DNA of 60,770 nt, the filler included. It is 4 parts of 4 records of this genome, joined end to end, with 100 filler letters (N's around TTAATTAATTAA, not from the genome) between each part and the next. Parts side by side here need not be neighbours in the genome. Positions count along the whole stretch, not along the records: positions 1 to 29,180 come from SRR20825006_705; 3 more parts are not named here. One strand, 5' to 3'. Every line of letters begins with the position of its first letter. The stretch's first letter is position 1. A program made the position numbers and the translations under genes. The notes under the pieces are model-generated. The model searched no databases, was not told the origin of the DNA, and saw nothing but the letters and a program-made list of their open reading frames with translations. Positions 10,464 through 20,418 of the stretch are shown here, piece by piece.

Positions 10464-10660
10464 GGTTTGTTAGTTTTTAAAGGATTTAAACGATTGAATT
10501 TTAAAGGTATAAAGTAAGCCTGTAAGCCATAAACCGATTAAGAAAACATTAGCAGGATTTAGCAAAGCTTAGGCTTTTGGCGAGCTGTGACGGTTTTTTG
10601 GTTATCCGTTTCCGACAGAGATAAACTGAATTTAAAATTTTAATAAGCGGCTTAAATAAT

Positions 10661-10668
10661 TATCTTTG
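10661..10668 (+). promoter_or_regulatory. Bacteroidota -7 element (TATCTTTG) for the TerB-like gene
   Basis: Exact TAnnTTTG match 19 nt before ATG 10688. Confidence 0.7.
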
Positions 10669-10687
10669 ACCACTTAAAAATTAAACC

Positions 10688-11113
10688 ATGTCTTTTACAG
10701 ATTTATTTGATAGTGGCGAGCATAGACGTAACCTTGGGCATTTTGCAGCAATTGCAAATATGGCTACGGTTGACGGAGAGTTGAATGCCGAAGAAATTAA
10801 ACTTTTAAAGCGTTTTGCTGTAAAACTCGATATTGACGAGACTGAGTATGTTGATATTGTAGAAAATGCACGCAGATATCCTATCAATCCTCCTAACAAT
10901 TCAGAAAAGCGTTTAGAGCGCTTGCACGATTTGTTCAGAATGATCTTTGTAGATCATACGATTGATGATCACGAGCGTTTTTTAATTGAAAAATATGCGA
11001 TAGGCCTAGGCTTTAGCGCTGAACGTGCAAAACAGTTGATAGAGCGTTCTATTCAGATTTTTCAAGGTGGAATTGACTTTGACGATTACCTATATCTTTT
11101 AGATAAGAAATAG
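10688..11113 (+). CDS. TerB-family (tellurite-resistance-like) protein
   Basis: MATVDGELNAEE and MIFVDHTIDDHE repeated TerB-type motifs. Confidence 0.8.
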   Translation: MSFTDLFDSGEHRRNLGHFAAIANMATVDGELNAEEIKLLKRFAVKLDIDETEYVDIVENARRYPINPPNNSEKRLERLHDLFRMIFVDHTIDDHERFLIEKYAIGLGFSAERAKQLIERSIQIFQGGIDFDDYLYLLDKK

Positions 11114-11133
11114 GTTTAGCATATAAAATTTGC

Positions 11134-11168
11134 AATGCCCGCTTTAGTCCTTCTAGAGCGGGCATTTT
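11134..11168 (+). terminator. Intrinsic terminator after the TerB-like gene
   Basis: AATGCCCGCTTTAG...CTAGAGCGGGCATT stem followed by T-rich sequence. Confidence 0.75.
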
Positions 11169-11296
11169 GATTTTTTAGAATTGTAAGGAAGTATAAACTT
11201 TCAGAAACCTTTTAAAGGTACTTTCTCTGGGCAGCGCACAAATATTTTATCGTGATTCTAGGGTAAAACGTATATTTAGCTAGAAAACCTATTACT

Positions 11297-11785
11297 ATGC
11301 AAGCAACCATTCGCAAAGCCGAAGCCGATGATATGGCACAGGTATTACGCCTTATTAAAGAATTGGCAGTTTATGAAAAAGAGCCTGATGCTGTTGAGGT
11401 TACCGTAGATGATCTTATCGCGTACGGTACCGGGAACAATGCCGATTTTACGTGCTTTGTTGCAGAACGAGACACGGAGATCCTTGGTATTGCACTGGTT
11501 TATTATCGTTTTTCTACTTGGAAGGGACGCACTGTGCATCTTGAAGATCTCATCGTACGCGAGCAGTATCGTGGCGAAGGATTAGGTATGGCGTTGTATA
11601 CCGAAGTGATCAAATACACGTACGAGCTGGGTCTTAAACGCGTAGAATGGGTGGTTCTTGATTGGAATACTTCGGCGGTTGATTTTTATGAAGCTTCAGG
11701 TGCAAACGTGATGAAAGAATGGAACACAGTGCAAATGGATACTGAAGCAATGAAAACATTTCTAAGTAAAAAAGGATTGGCATAA
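11297..11785 (+). CDS. GNAT N-acetyltransferase (diamine/spermidine acetyltransferase-like)
   Basis: FSTWKGRTVHLEDLIV, YRGEGLG and VLDWN..AVDFYE motifs. Confidence 0.85.
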   Translation: MQATIRKAEADDMAQVLRLIKELAVYEKEPDAVEVTVDDLIAYGTGNNADFTCFVAERDTEILGIALVYYRFSTWKGRTVHLEDLIVREQYRGEGLGMALYTEVIKYTYELGLKRVEWVVLDWNTSAVDFYEASGANVMKEWNTVQMDTEAMKTFLSKKGLA

Positions 11786-11794
11786 CTACAGCCT

Positions 11795-13048
11795 ATGGGA
11801 TTTCAGGTTTATAAATTTGGTGGAGCTTCGGTTCAAAATGCAGAAGGAGTAAAGAACTTGGTGAAGGTTTTAGAGCAAACGCAAGTTGAAGATCTTGTGA
11901 TTGTTGTTTCGGCGATGGGCAAAATGACTAACGCGCTTGAAGACGTCGTAGCGTCCTACTTTGATGCCAATGCTAAAAGCGACACCATCGAGACCGTTGA
12001 GGCTTTTCACCACAATATTGCCTTAGAACTTTTTGAAAATCCTGCAGCTCCGGTCTTTAAACAAATTCAAGCTTTACTTGAAGAATTAAAAGGCTTTTTA
12101 CAACGCAACAAATCACCCGACTATAATTTTGTTTACGATCAGGTAGTGATCTATGGCGAATTGTTAAGTACTACCATCGTAAATGCATTTCTGGAAAAAG
12201 AAGGCTACCGAACTACTTGGCACGATGTGCGCGATTATCTAAAAACGGATACCAATTACCGCGAGGGAAAAGTAGATTGGGAGCTTACGATGCGTAACTT
12301 AAGTAGAAAACTTCCTAAAAAAGGAATGCAGCTTACGCAAGGTTTTATCGCTTCAGATCCTAACGGATTCTCAACCACCTTGGGCAGAGAAGGAAGTGAT
12401 TACACGGCTGCGATTATTGCCTATTGTCTCAATGCTGAGCGCGTAACGATCTGGAAAGATGTCCCCGGAGTGTTAAGTGCAGATCCGCGTTATTTTGAAC
12501 ACGCGACGCTACTCAACTTTATTTCCTATCAAGAAGCGATAGAGTTGGCTTTTTATGGGGCTTCGGTGATTCATCCTAAAACGCTTCAGCCTTTGCAGCG
12601 TAAAGAAATTCCGCTTTTTGTAAAGTCCTTTTTAAATCCGGAGCAGCCCGGTACTCAAGTGAGTGTAGGAACTTTAATCGAGCCGTTGATTCCGTGTTAT
12701 ATTAGAAAAACCGATCAGGTACTCATTGCGCTATCTTCTTTGGATTTTTCTTTTATGGCGGAAGAAAATATTGGAGAGATCTTTAAACTGCTGGGAATGT
12801 TTAAAATGAAAGTTGATCTGATCCAGAATTCAGCGATTAGTTTTTCGGTTTGTGTAGATAATAAATATAAAAATCTAGACGCGTTGGTGGCTAAGCTGCG
12901 TGCTGATTTTAAAGTAATGGTACATGAGAATGTATCCTTGTATACGCTGCGTCACGCCACAGATGAAGCGCTGGCCAAATTAGAGAAAGACAAAGAAATT
13001 CTTTTAAAACAAGTGATGCAAAATACCGTTCAGCTGGTGTCTTTATAG
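11795..13048 (+). CDS. lysC: Aspartate kinase
   Basis: VYKFGGASV, VVSAMGKMTN, TLGREGSDYTAA, IWKDVPG and GASVIHPKT motifs. Confidence 0.9.
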   Translation: MGFQVYKFGGASVQNAEGVKNLVKVLEQTQVEDLVIVVSAMGKMTNALEDVVASYFDANAKSDTIETVEAFHHNIALELFENPAAPVFKQIQALLEELKGFLQRNKSPDYNFVYDQVVIYGELLSTTIVNAFLEKEGYRTTWHDVRDYLKTDTNYREGKVDWELTMRNLSRKLPKKGMQLTQGFIASDPNGFSTTLGREGSDYTAAIIAYCLNAERVTIWKDVPGVLSADPRYFEHATLLNFISYQEAIELAFYGASVIHPKTLQPLQRKEIPLFVKSFLNPEQPGTQVSVGTLIEPLIPCYIRKTDQVLIALSSLDFSFMAEENIGEIFKLLGMFKMKVDLIQNSAISFSVCVDNKYKNLDALVAKLRADFKVMVHENVSLYTLRHATDEALAKLEKDKEILLKQVMQNTVQLVSL

Positions 13049-13185
13049 CGCGCTTGCTGCGTTTTTTGCTATCTTTGTTTCCTACTTATAAAGTGGGGTT
13101 TTGCAAAACGTAAGACCTTGCATCAAAGAAATTATAATATATCATCTTTGCCGGGTGCAGAGATTTTTTTGAATACACAAAGTTC

Positions 13186-15018
13186 ATGGGATTAGTTACC
13201 GCAAAAGAAGTTGCAAAGGCAATCAACGTAGATAAATTTGGTTTTGCGGGTACGTTTATGGGATGGACCTTGATGAAAGTGCTCAAGATTTCTAAAGCAA
13301 ACGAGATCTATGAGCGCAACAAACATTTAAGCGATCTTGAGTTTCTCAATGCTATCTTAAACGAATTTGAGATCGATTTTGAAATCCCCGAAGAAGATTT
13401 AAAGCGCTTGCCCAAAGCCGGAAGTTACATTACCATAAGTAACCACCCACTAGGTGGAATTGATGGGATTTTATTACTGAAACTACTCATAGAGCAGCGT
13501 CCTGACTTTAAAATTATCGCAAATTTTCTGCTGCATCGCATTAAGCCATTAAAGCCTTATGTGATGCCGGTAAATCCTTTTGAAGATCATAAGGATGCAC
13601 AATCAAGCATCGCCGGATTCAAACAGGCGATCAGGCATTTGCGCGACGGGCATCCGTTAGGGATATTTCCTGCGGGGGAAGTTTCTACCTATAAAGATGA
13701 CAAGCTTATCATTGATAAACCCTGGGAAGAGGCTGCGATGAAACTCATTAAGCGCGCTGAGGTTCCGGTGGTTCCTATTTATTTTCACGCAAAAAACAGC
13801 AGGTTGTTTTACCAGCTTTCGCGCATTAGCGATACCTTGCGTACGGCTAAACTTCCATCGGAATTGCTTACGCAGAAAAAACGTACCATTCACGTGCGTA
13901 TTGGGAATCCTATTTCGGTTAAGGCGCAAAAAGAGCACCAAAGCTTAGAGGATTTCACGGAATTCCTAAGACGTAAAACTTATATTCTGGCGAAGACTTT
14001 TGAGAAAAAATCATCGCTTTTGAGCACTATTCCGCAATCTTTAAAAACTCCTAAAGAGCCTAAGAAGATCGCTAACGAAGTCAAAGCCGAACTCATTGAG
14101 CAAGAAGTGAACAAGCTTCGTGAGAACGAGAAAAGGCTGTTGCAGAGCAAAAATTATGAGGTGTTTTTGGCTTCCGCAGAAATCATTCCTAATATTTTAA
14201 ATGAGATTGGGCGCTTGCGCGAGATCACCTTTAGAGAAGTGGGAGAGGGCACTAACGAACCTACAGATCTGGATCGCTATGACCACCATTATCATCATTT
14301 ATTTCTTTGGGATGAGGATAGTAAAAAAATCGCCGGAGCCTATAGAATGGGACTTGGAGCGCATATTATGCCAGAACATGGTATCAATGGTTTCTACTTG
14401 CAAAGCTTATTTAGGTTTGAGCCTGAGCTGCATAAAATGATGGGCGAAAGCATAGAAATGGGCCGCGCATTTGTGATCAAAGAGTACCAGCAAAAGCCGA
14501 TGCCGCTCTTTTTGTTATGGCGCGGAATTGTGCATACCACTTTGCGTTTTCCTGAGCATAAATACCTTATTGGTGGCGTGAGTATCAGCAATCAGTTTTC
14601 AAATTTTTCTAAGTCGCTGATGATTGAGTTTATGCGTTCGCATTATTACGATCCGTATATCGCGCAGTACATTAGACCGAAAAAAGAATTTAAGGTCAAG
14701 CTGAAAGATGCCGATAAAGAATTTGTTTTTGATGAGACTGAAGCTGATCTCAATAAGTTTGATAAGATCATTGAAGAGATGGAAACCGGTAATCTACGTC
14801 TCCCGGTGTTGATCAAAAAATACATCAAGCAGAATGCAAAAGTGATCGCTTTTAATGTAGACCCGTTGTTTAATGACGCTATTGACGGGCTCATGTATAT
14901 CAAGATCGAAGACCTTCCGGAAAGTACCGTAAAACCGGTTCTTGAAGAATTTCAAGCTGAATTAGAGCAGAAGCTGGAGCAGGCACGCAACGAGGACGAG
15001 TCGGCTAAAGAATCTTAG
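13186..15018 (+). CDS. Bifunctional acyltransferase: N-terminal PlsC-like plus C-terminal GNAT (OlsF-like amino-acid lipid synthase)
   Basis: NHPLGGIDG and IFPAGEVS (PlsC); EIGRLREITFREVGEG, DLDRYD and GAYRMG (acyl-ACP GNAT). A -7 element TATCTTTG lies at 13070-13077. Confidence 0.8.
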   Translation: MGLVTAKEVAKAINVDKFGFAGTFMGWTLMKVLKISKANEIYERNKHLSDLEFLNAILNEFEIDFEIPEEDLKRLPKAGSYITISNHPLGGIDGILLLKLLIEQRPDFKIIANFLLHRIKPLKPYVMPVNPFEDHKDAQSSIAGFKQAIRHLRDGHPLGIFPAGEVSTYKDDKLIIDKPWEEAAMKLIKRAEVPVVPIYFHAKNSRLFYQLSRISDTLRTAKLPSELLTQKKRTIHVRIGNPISVKAQKEHQSLEDFTEFLRRKTYILAKTFEKKSSLLSTIPQSLKTPKEPKKIANEVKAELIEQEVNKLRENEKRLLQSKNYEVFLASAEIIPNILNEIGRLREITFREVGEGTNEPTDLDRYDHHYHHLFLWDEDSKKIAGAYRMGLGAHIMPEHGINGFYLQSLFRFEPELHKMMGESIEMGRAFVIKEYQQKPMPLFLLWRGIVHTTLRFPEHKYLIGGVSISNQFSNFSKSLMIEFMRSHYYDPYIAQYIRPKKEFKVKLKDADKEFVFDETEADLNKFDKIIEEMETGNLRLPVLIKKYIKQNAKVIAFNVDPLFNDAIDGLMYIKIEDLPESTVKPVLEEFQAELEQKLEQARNEDESAKES

Positions 15019-15496
15019 TACTTCGGCGCTCTAGAAGTGCGTTGTCTTGCCATTTACCATTGCGTTTAGCGATTTTTTCGTGAACTCCCAAAAGCCTGAA
15101 ACCTAACTTTTGATGCACATGAATACTGGCTTTATTCTGCGGAAAAATATGTGCAGTAAGTGTCCAGAAGCCTTCTTGTTCACTCGCTTGAATAAGTGCC
15201 TCAAGCAATTGAAAACCTATTTTTTTACCTTGATGTTGCGGCGCGACATACACCGTAACTTCAGCAACCCCGCGATATACTACTCGTTTAGAAACCAGAC
15301 TTAACGCTGCCCAGCCGGCAACATTATGATCAACCTCGGCAACTAGTCTGCACGCTTTGCAAAAACGTAAATCCCAAGCTTCAAATGCGGGAGCCTTAGT
15401 TTCAAAGGTTGCGATTTGAGTGTCGATCCCTGCTTGATAGATCTTAGCGACTTCAGGATAATCCTCAGGCTTAAATCGTCGAATTAGAAGATCCAT
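15005..15496 (-). CDS. GNAT acetyltransferase (phosphinothricin/YncA-like)
   Basis: IATFET, VYRGVAEVTVYV, QGKKIG and NKASIHVHQKLGF motifs. Confidence 0.88.
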   Translation of the reverse strand: MDLLIRRFKPEDYPEVAKIYQAGIDTQIATFETKAPAFEAWDLRFCKACRLVAEVDHNVAGWAALSLVSKRVVYRGVAEVTVYVAPQHQGKKIGFQLLEALIQASEQEGFWTLTAHIFPQNKASIHVHQKLGFRLLGVHEKIAKRNGKWQDNALLERRSTKIL

Positions 15497-15516
15497 AGTT
15501 TCAGGAATATGGAATG

Positions 15517-15918
15517 TTATTTTTCACTCTCATCTAAGAATACGGAATCAACAGGCTCCCAAAGTTCAATTTTATTGCCTTCAGGATCTAAGATCCAACC
15601 GAACTTGCCGTAATCATATTCTTCCATTTCCCCCACGATCTCGACACCTTCTTGTTTAAGTACTTCTAGCAATTCAACCAAATTCTCAACTCTGAAGTTC
15701 ATCATAAACTGCTTCTCACTTGGAGAAAAATAAGATGTATCCTGCTGAAAAGGACTCCACTGGGTCGAGCATTTATTTCCGTGTTCATCGCGCCACCAGA
15801 ACGTCCAGCCGTATTGGTCTGTAGGAATTCCTAAGTGCGTTTTATACCAGGCTTTAATTGCATCTGGATTTTGGGTTTTAAAGAAAAATCCGCCTAATCC
15901 GGTTACTCTGTTTTTCAT
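15517..15918 (-). CDS. VOC/glyoxalase family protein
   Basis: RVTGLGGFFFK, FMMNFRV and YGKFGWILDPEGNKIELWEP motifs. Confidence 0.88.
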   Translation of the reverse strand: MKNRVTGLGGFFFKTQNPDAIKAWYKTHLGIPTDQYGWTFWWRDEHGNKCSTQWSPFQQDTSYFSPSEKQFMMNFRVENLVELLEVLKQEGVEIVGEMEEYDYGKFGWILDPEGNKIELWEPVDSVFLDESEK

Positions 15919-15924
15919 ACTATA

Positions 15925-16527
15925 TTATTTAGGTTGATGTTTAGGGCAATCTATTCTTCGATTTTCAGGGTGCAGTTGCGTGCGTAATTCCATACAAAAA
16001 GCATGATTGATTCCGTCTGAACGGTAGGCTTTGCAATCGTTACACGATCTGCTTAAAGCGACCGTATTTTCTTTACTCAATTTAGATAGTATGGAAAACA
16101 AACTAGTATAAAGCTGCTTTAAATCTTCAGAGGATTCTGTTTCTAAAGCTTTGTAGACGGGTGTTGCAGGTTCGGTGAGTGGGGCAACTACTTCTTTACC
16201 TTTTTCGGTGAGGGTAATGTGAAAACGCCTGTTGTCTTTATGGTTGAGTACTTTGGTTAAAAGTTTACGTTGCTCAAGCGTTTTTATACAATCACTAATT
16301 GTTGCTTTAGTAACCTTAAATTCTTTAACCAATTGACTCACGGTGTTTTCTGTGGGGCCGTGATAGGCAATAAAGAATATTAACTTTTGTTGAAGCGGGG
16401 AGAAGCCATTTTCTTTTTGGCTTGCCCACTGCATTGTTTTAAAAGCATCAGCCAGCTTATCAAAGGCAGCCGTTGTTTTCGCAGCTAAATCTTTGTTTTG
16501 AAAATCAGGATCGTAAATGTGTTGCAT
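15925..16527 (-). CDS. MarR-family regulator with C-terminal four-Cys extension
   Basis: Winged HTH (TKATISDCIKTLEQRKLL...DNRRFHITLTEKG), followed by CNDC...C...CPKH. Confidence 0.85.
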   Translation of the reverse strand: MQHIYDPDFQNKDLAAKTTAAFDKLADAFKTMQWASQKENGFSPLQQKLIFFIAYHGPTENTVSQLVKEFKVTKATISDCIKTLEQRKLLTKVLNHKDNRRFHITLTEKGKEVVAPLTEPATPVYKALETESSEDLKQLYTSLFSILSKLSKENTVALSRSCNDCKAYRSDGINHAFCMELRTQLHPENRRIDCPKHQPK

Positions 16528-16599
16528 AGAAGTGTGTTACCACTCCTAAGTTACAAAAAAGCCTTAAAACCAACGATTTTGCGCCGGTAGTATGGAATC

Positions 16600-17544
16600 C
16601 TATTTAGTTTCTAGCGCTAGAATTTTGTCAACAATAGTCTGTGCGAGTTTAATCTTGCTTTCGACTGTCCAGCCTGCGATGTGGGGAGTAAGCACTACAT
16701 TTTCAGCCTGAATTAGGTATTGTAGCGGTTCAGGCATTTGCTCGGTAACTGTAAACAGATTTTCAAAGGAGAGTTTTTCATACTCCAGAACATCAAGTCC
16801 GGCACCTAAGATCTTTCCACTTTTTAAAGCATTAGCAAGTGCTTCAGTCACTACACTTTTTCCGCGAGCGGTATTGATAAGCCAAAAGGGTTTTTTAAAT
16901 CCGTTAATAAATTCAGTATCTACCATTTTATCGGTAAGTGGCGTCCACGGTGTGTGTAAACTCAAAACATCTGCACGTTGCTGAAGTTCTTCTAAACTCA
17001 CTTGAGTGGCATTCTCATTTCCTAAATTGGGGCGAATATCATAACAAAGCACCTCGCAGTCAAAGCCTTTCAACTTCTTAGAGAATGCATTACCCATATT
17101 CCCATAACCTATGAGTCCTACCGTTTTACCTTCAAGCTCCAAACCGCGGTTTTTTTCACGATTCCACTGCCCGGCGCGAACTTCGGCATCGGCTTGCTTT
17201 AGTTTGTTGAAAAGCATTAGCAACATCCCTAAAGCGTGTTCCCCAACTGCATTGCGATTGCCCTCTGGTGCTGCGATTAGAGCGATTCCTTTAGACTCTG
17301 CGTAAGGAATATCTATGCTCTCCAGACCGGCACCCACACGGGCAATGAATTTAAGATTGGTGGCAGCATCAATAAATTGCTTATCGATCTTAAATCTGCT
17401 GCGAATGACCACGCCTTCATACTGATCGATTTTTGCTTCGATCTCCTCTTTTGAAGATGTATAGTCCTCCTCATTGATATGACCTGCGGCTTTGAGTTGC
17501 TCGATCATCAATTCGTGGTTGCTGTCTATATGTAGAATTTTCAT
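16600..17544 (-). CDS. D-isomer-specific 2-hydroxyacid dehydrogenase (SerA-like)
   Basis: GLIGYGNMG, INTARG, GLDVLEYE and LTPHIAG motifs. Confidence 0.9.
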   Translation of the reverse strand: MKILHIDSNHELMIEQLKAAGHINEEDYTSSKEEIEAKIDQYEGVVIRSRFKIDKQFIDAATNLKFIARVGAGLESIDIPYAESKGIALIAAPEGNRNAVGEHALGMLLMLFNKLKQADAEVRAGQWNREKNRGLELEGKTVGLIGYGNMGNAFSKKLKGFDCEVLCYDIRPNLGNENATQVSLEELQQRADVLSLHTPWTPLTDKMVDTEFINGFKKPFWLINTARGKSVVTEALANALKSGKILGAGLDVLEYEKLSFENLFTVTEQMPEPLQYLIQAENVVLTPHIAGWTVESKIKLAQTIVDKILALETK

Positions 17545-17562
17545 AGTAAAAAGATAAGATGC

Positions 17563-17973
17563 TTATTGATTAACTTCCTCATAATATGCGGTGAACGACT
17601 CCGGAACGCGTAGTGGTTTGCGGGTTTGCATATTCAAAAGGCACCAATTTGTGATCGAAGTTGCAAGAACTTTGTGATCTGAAGGTCTAAAGATTTTAGT
17701 GCGTCTAATAGAGCGAACGCCCTCAAATTTTTCAACCCAAGTCTCAATAGTAATTTGCTCCCCTTCAAAAGCTGGAGCGTGATATTTGATTGTGTGCTCC
17801 AAAGCGACCCAGGCGTATTTTTGAAGCATTTCTTCGGTTGAATTATGCTGCCAGTGGGCTTCAGCGACATCTTGCACCCATTGTAAATAGATCACGTTAT
17901 TTACGTGGCCTAAGCCGTCAATTGCTTCGGCAGGAACTGTAATATTGAGCTTAAACGTTTTTGCATTCATCAT
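17563..17973 (-). CDS. Acyl-CoA thioesterase (4HBT/YbgC hot-dog fold)
   Basis: IDGLGHVNNVIYLQW motif. Confidence 0.88.
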   Translation of the reverse strand: MMNAKTFKLNITVPAEAIDGLGHVNNVIYLQWVQDVAEAHWQHNSTEEMLQKYAWVALEHTIKYHAPAFEGEQITIETWVEKFEGVRSIRRTKIFRPSDHKVLATSITNWCLLNMQTRKPLRVPESFTAYYEEVNQ

Positions 17974-18042
17974 TGCTCAAAAATACGAAACTCTAAAAGG
18001 AGCGTGACTGTTATAAGTAGTTTTGAGAAGAATTTAATACCA

Positions 18043-19395
18043 CTAGAAGCCCAGAATGAGCTTGGCGATTAAAAAGTAAGTGAGAATACCGAAGACGTCA
18101 TTGCTGGTGGTGATAAACGGACCTGTAGCTACAGCGGGATCGATACCTCTTTTGTCTAATACAATCGGAATAAAAGTGCCGATCAAGGCGGCTAAAATAA
18201 TAACGGCAATGATCGCAACCCCAATGCTTACCGACTCTAAATAGGTGGTTTCAAAGAAAAAATGACTGATGACGAGAACAACCGTTGCGATGGCAAGACC
18301 ATTAATAATCGCCAAAGCACATTCTTTGAGTAAACGTCCGGCGATATTGCCTTTAAGCGAATCGTTTGCCAATCCTTGAACGACGATCGCACTAGATTGA
18401 ACGCCTACGTTTCCGGCGGTTGCCTGAATAAGCGGAACGAAAACGAGCAGCTTAGGAAAAGTTTCAAAAATACTGTTGAAACCGGTAATAATACTTGCAG
18501 CCCCAAGACCGCCAAACATCCCGATCATCAACCACGGCAGTCGTGCTCTGGTGAGTTTAAACAGGTTATCGTCAGCCTCTACGGTCTGAGAAATACCTGC
18601 CGCCATTCGGTAATCTTCATCGGCCTCATCTCGTATAAAATCAAGAATATCATCAACCGTAATACGCCCGAGTAGCACACCGGCATCATTCACGACCGGT
18701 ACCGCTTCTAGATCGTATTTTTGCATAATTCGGGCTACATCCTCGCCGGTATCGTGCACGTTTACCGAATCTACATTGGGTATATAAATGTCTGAAATTT
18801 TAGACTTGGCTTCGGCGGTCAGCAGGTCTTTTAAAGAAAGCCTTCCGATGAGATGATCATTTTTATCAACCACATAAACCGAATGTACCCGAGTCACATT
18901 TTGCGCCTGCGCCCGCATTTTACGCACACAACCGGCTACTGTCCAGGTTTCGCGCACGCGTACGAGCTCTTTTGCCATTAGACCACCGGCAGAATCCTCA
19001 TCATAACGCAACATCTCAATAATGTCGCGCGCATGTTCTTCATCTTCGATCGCATCAATAACCTGACGCTGAATATCTTCATCTAATTCAGATAAAAAGT
19101 CAACCGCATCATCGGTGTCTAGTTCGTTAAGTTCGTCTGCAATTTCTTGAGGCGAGAGGTTGTCCAGAATTTCTTCCCGATAGCCTTCGTCAAGCTCCAT
19201 CAGCGCTTCAGAAGTTTTCTCACTATCCAGAAGTTTGATCAGGTAGGTGGCCTCTTCGGTAGAGATCTCATCAAGGATCTCGGCGATATCAGCGTGGTGA
19301 ACTTCCTCTAAAAGTGCAAGAATACTGGTGTCATCACCAACCTCGATAAAGTTTTCAATTTGCTCTATAAGGTCTTCGGTAAGTTCAAAAGCCAT
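18043..19395 (-). CDS. mgtE: Magnesium transporter MgtE
   Basis: Acidic N-domain, CBS pair, RLPWL, TAGNVGVQS and DPAVATGPFITTSND motifs. A -7 element TATATTTG lies at 19437-19444. Confidence 0.95.
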   Translation of the reverse strand: MAFELTEDLIEQIENFIEVGDDTSILALLEEVHHADIAEILDEISTEEATYLIKLLDSEKTSEALMELDEGYREEILDNLSPQEIADELNELDTDDAVDFLSELDEDIQRQVIDAIEDEEHARDIIEMLRYDEDSAGGLMAKELVRVRETWTVAGCVRKMRAQAQNVTRVHSVYVVDKNDHLIGRLSLKDLLTAEAKSKISDIYIPNVDSVNVHDTGEDVARIMQKYDLEAVPVVNDAGVLLGRITVDDILDFIRDEADEDYRMAAGISQTVEADDNLFKLTRARLPWLMIGMFGGLGAASIITGFNSIFETFPKLLVFVPLIQATAGNVGVQSSAIVVQGLANDSLKGNIAGRLLKECALAIINGLAIATVVLVISHFFFETTYLESVSIGVAIIAVIILAALIGTFIPIVLDKRGIDPAVATGPFITTSNDVFGILTYFLIAKLILGF

Positions 19396-19535
19396 AGTCG
19401 CTACTTTATTGAGGGTTTGTATTTTTTTGAGTCAGGCAAATATAAATAAACTCAACACAGATTGCGTGGGGTTTAAGATACATTTACCGCACGGCTAAAC
19501 CCGAAAACGATATTGTTGTTGGCTTGGGATAAGGC

Positions 19536-20390
19536 CTACTTTGCTAAATCTTCGGCGATATCTTGAGTGAGTTTAATAAAGGCCGCTACGCTCAGTTGCT
19601 CTGGGCGTTTATTAAAAATTTCGCTTTCGCGAAAGCTGTCGCTGAGTTCTAATTGTTTAAGGCTGTTCCTGAGGGTTTTGCGCCGTTGCTGAAATGCCAT
19701 TTTAACCACTTTGAACAATTGATCAGGATCGCAAGCAAGATCTTTGTAATTGGCCTTACGGGTGAGTTTTAGAACTCCGCTGTCTACCTTAGGCGGCGGA
19801 TTGAAAACACCGGGCGGAACGGTAAATAAATATTCGGCATCATAAAAAGCTTGTGCCAATACCGAAAGAATGCCGTAAGCTTTGCTGCCTTCTGGCTCAC
19901 AAATGCGCTGCGCCACTTCCTTCTGAAACATTCCGCTAAATTCTGGCACCTGATCGCGCCACTCCAGCATTTTAAACACGATTTGCGTTGAAATATTATA
20001 CGGGAAATTCCCAGTGATGGCAAAAGCTTGATCTCCGAATAATTTGCTGAGATCAAACTTGAGAAAGTCGGCTTCTACGACATTTAAAGTACAGCCTTCC
20101 ATAAGTTGTGGATGTTCTAACGGAAAGCTGTGATTGAGATACACGATAGACTCGCTGTCGAGGTCCATCGCGGTTACGTTGCTGTCTTTGCGCAACAAAT
20201 ATTTTGTGAGCACACCGGTGCCCGGACCAATTTCTAAAACTTCAGAATACCCGTCATAGCTTAAGGTTTCAGCTATTTTTTTTGCAAGAGTTTCATCCTT
20301 TAAAAAGTGTTGACCCAAATGCTTTTTGGCCTTCACAGGATCTTCTGAAGCGGCTTTTTTATGCGTACGGGTAAACTTTTTTTTCATCAA
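19536..20390 (-). CDS. rsmA: 16S rRNA adenine dimethyltransferase
   Basis: [25 protein letters not shown] and FNPPPKVDS motifs. Confidence 0.96.
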   Translation of the reverse strand: MMKKKFTRTHKKAASEDPVKAKKHLGQHFLKDETLAKKIAETLSYDGYSEVLEIGPGTGVLTKYLLRKDSNVTAMDLDSESIVYLNHSFPLEHPQLMEGCTLNVVEADFLKFDLSKLFGDQAFAITGNFPYNISTQIVFKMLEWRDQVPEFSGMFQKEVAQRICEPEGSKAYGILSVLAQAFYDAEYLFTVPPGVFNPPPKVDSGVLKLTRKANYKDLACDPDQLFKVVKMAFQQRRKTLRNSLKQLELSDSFRESEIFNKRPEQLSVAAFIKLTQDIAEDLAK

Positions 20391-20418
20391 TAGGATTTAA
20401 AAATGTAGGCTAAAGCGG

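Noticed and set aside
15005-15018. Convergent 3' gene overlaps (also 3289-3292)
   Set aside because: Short tail-to-tail overlaps are common in compact genomes.
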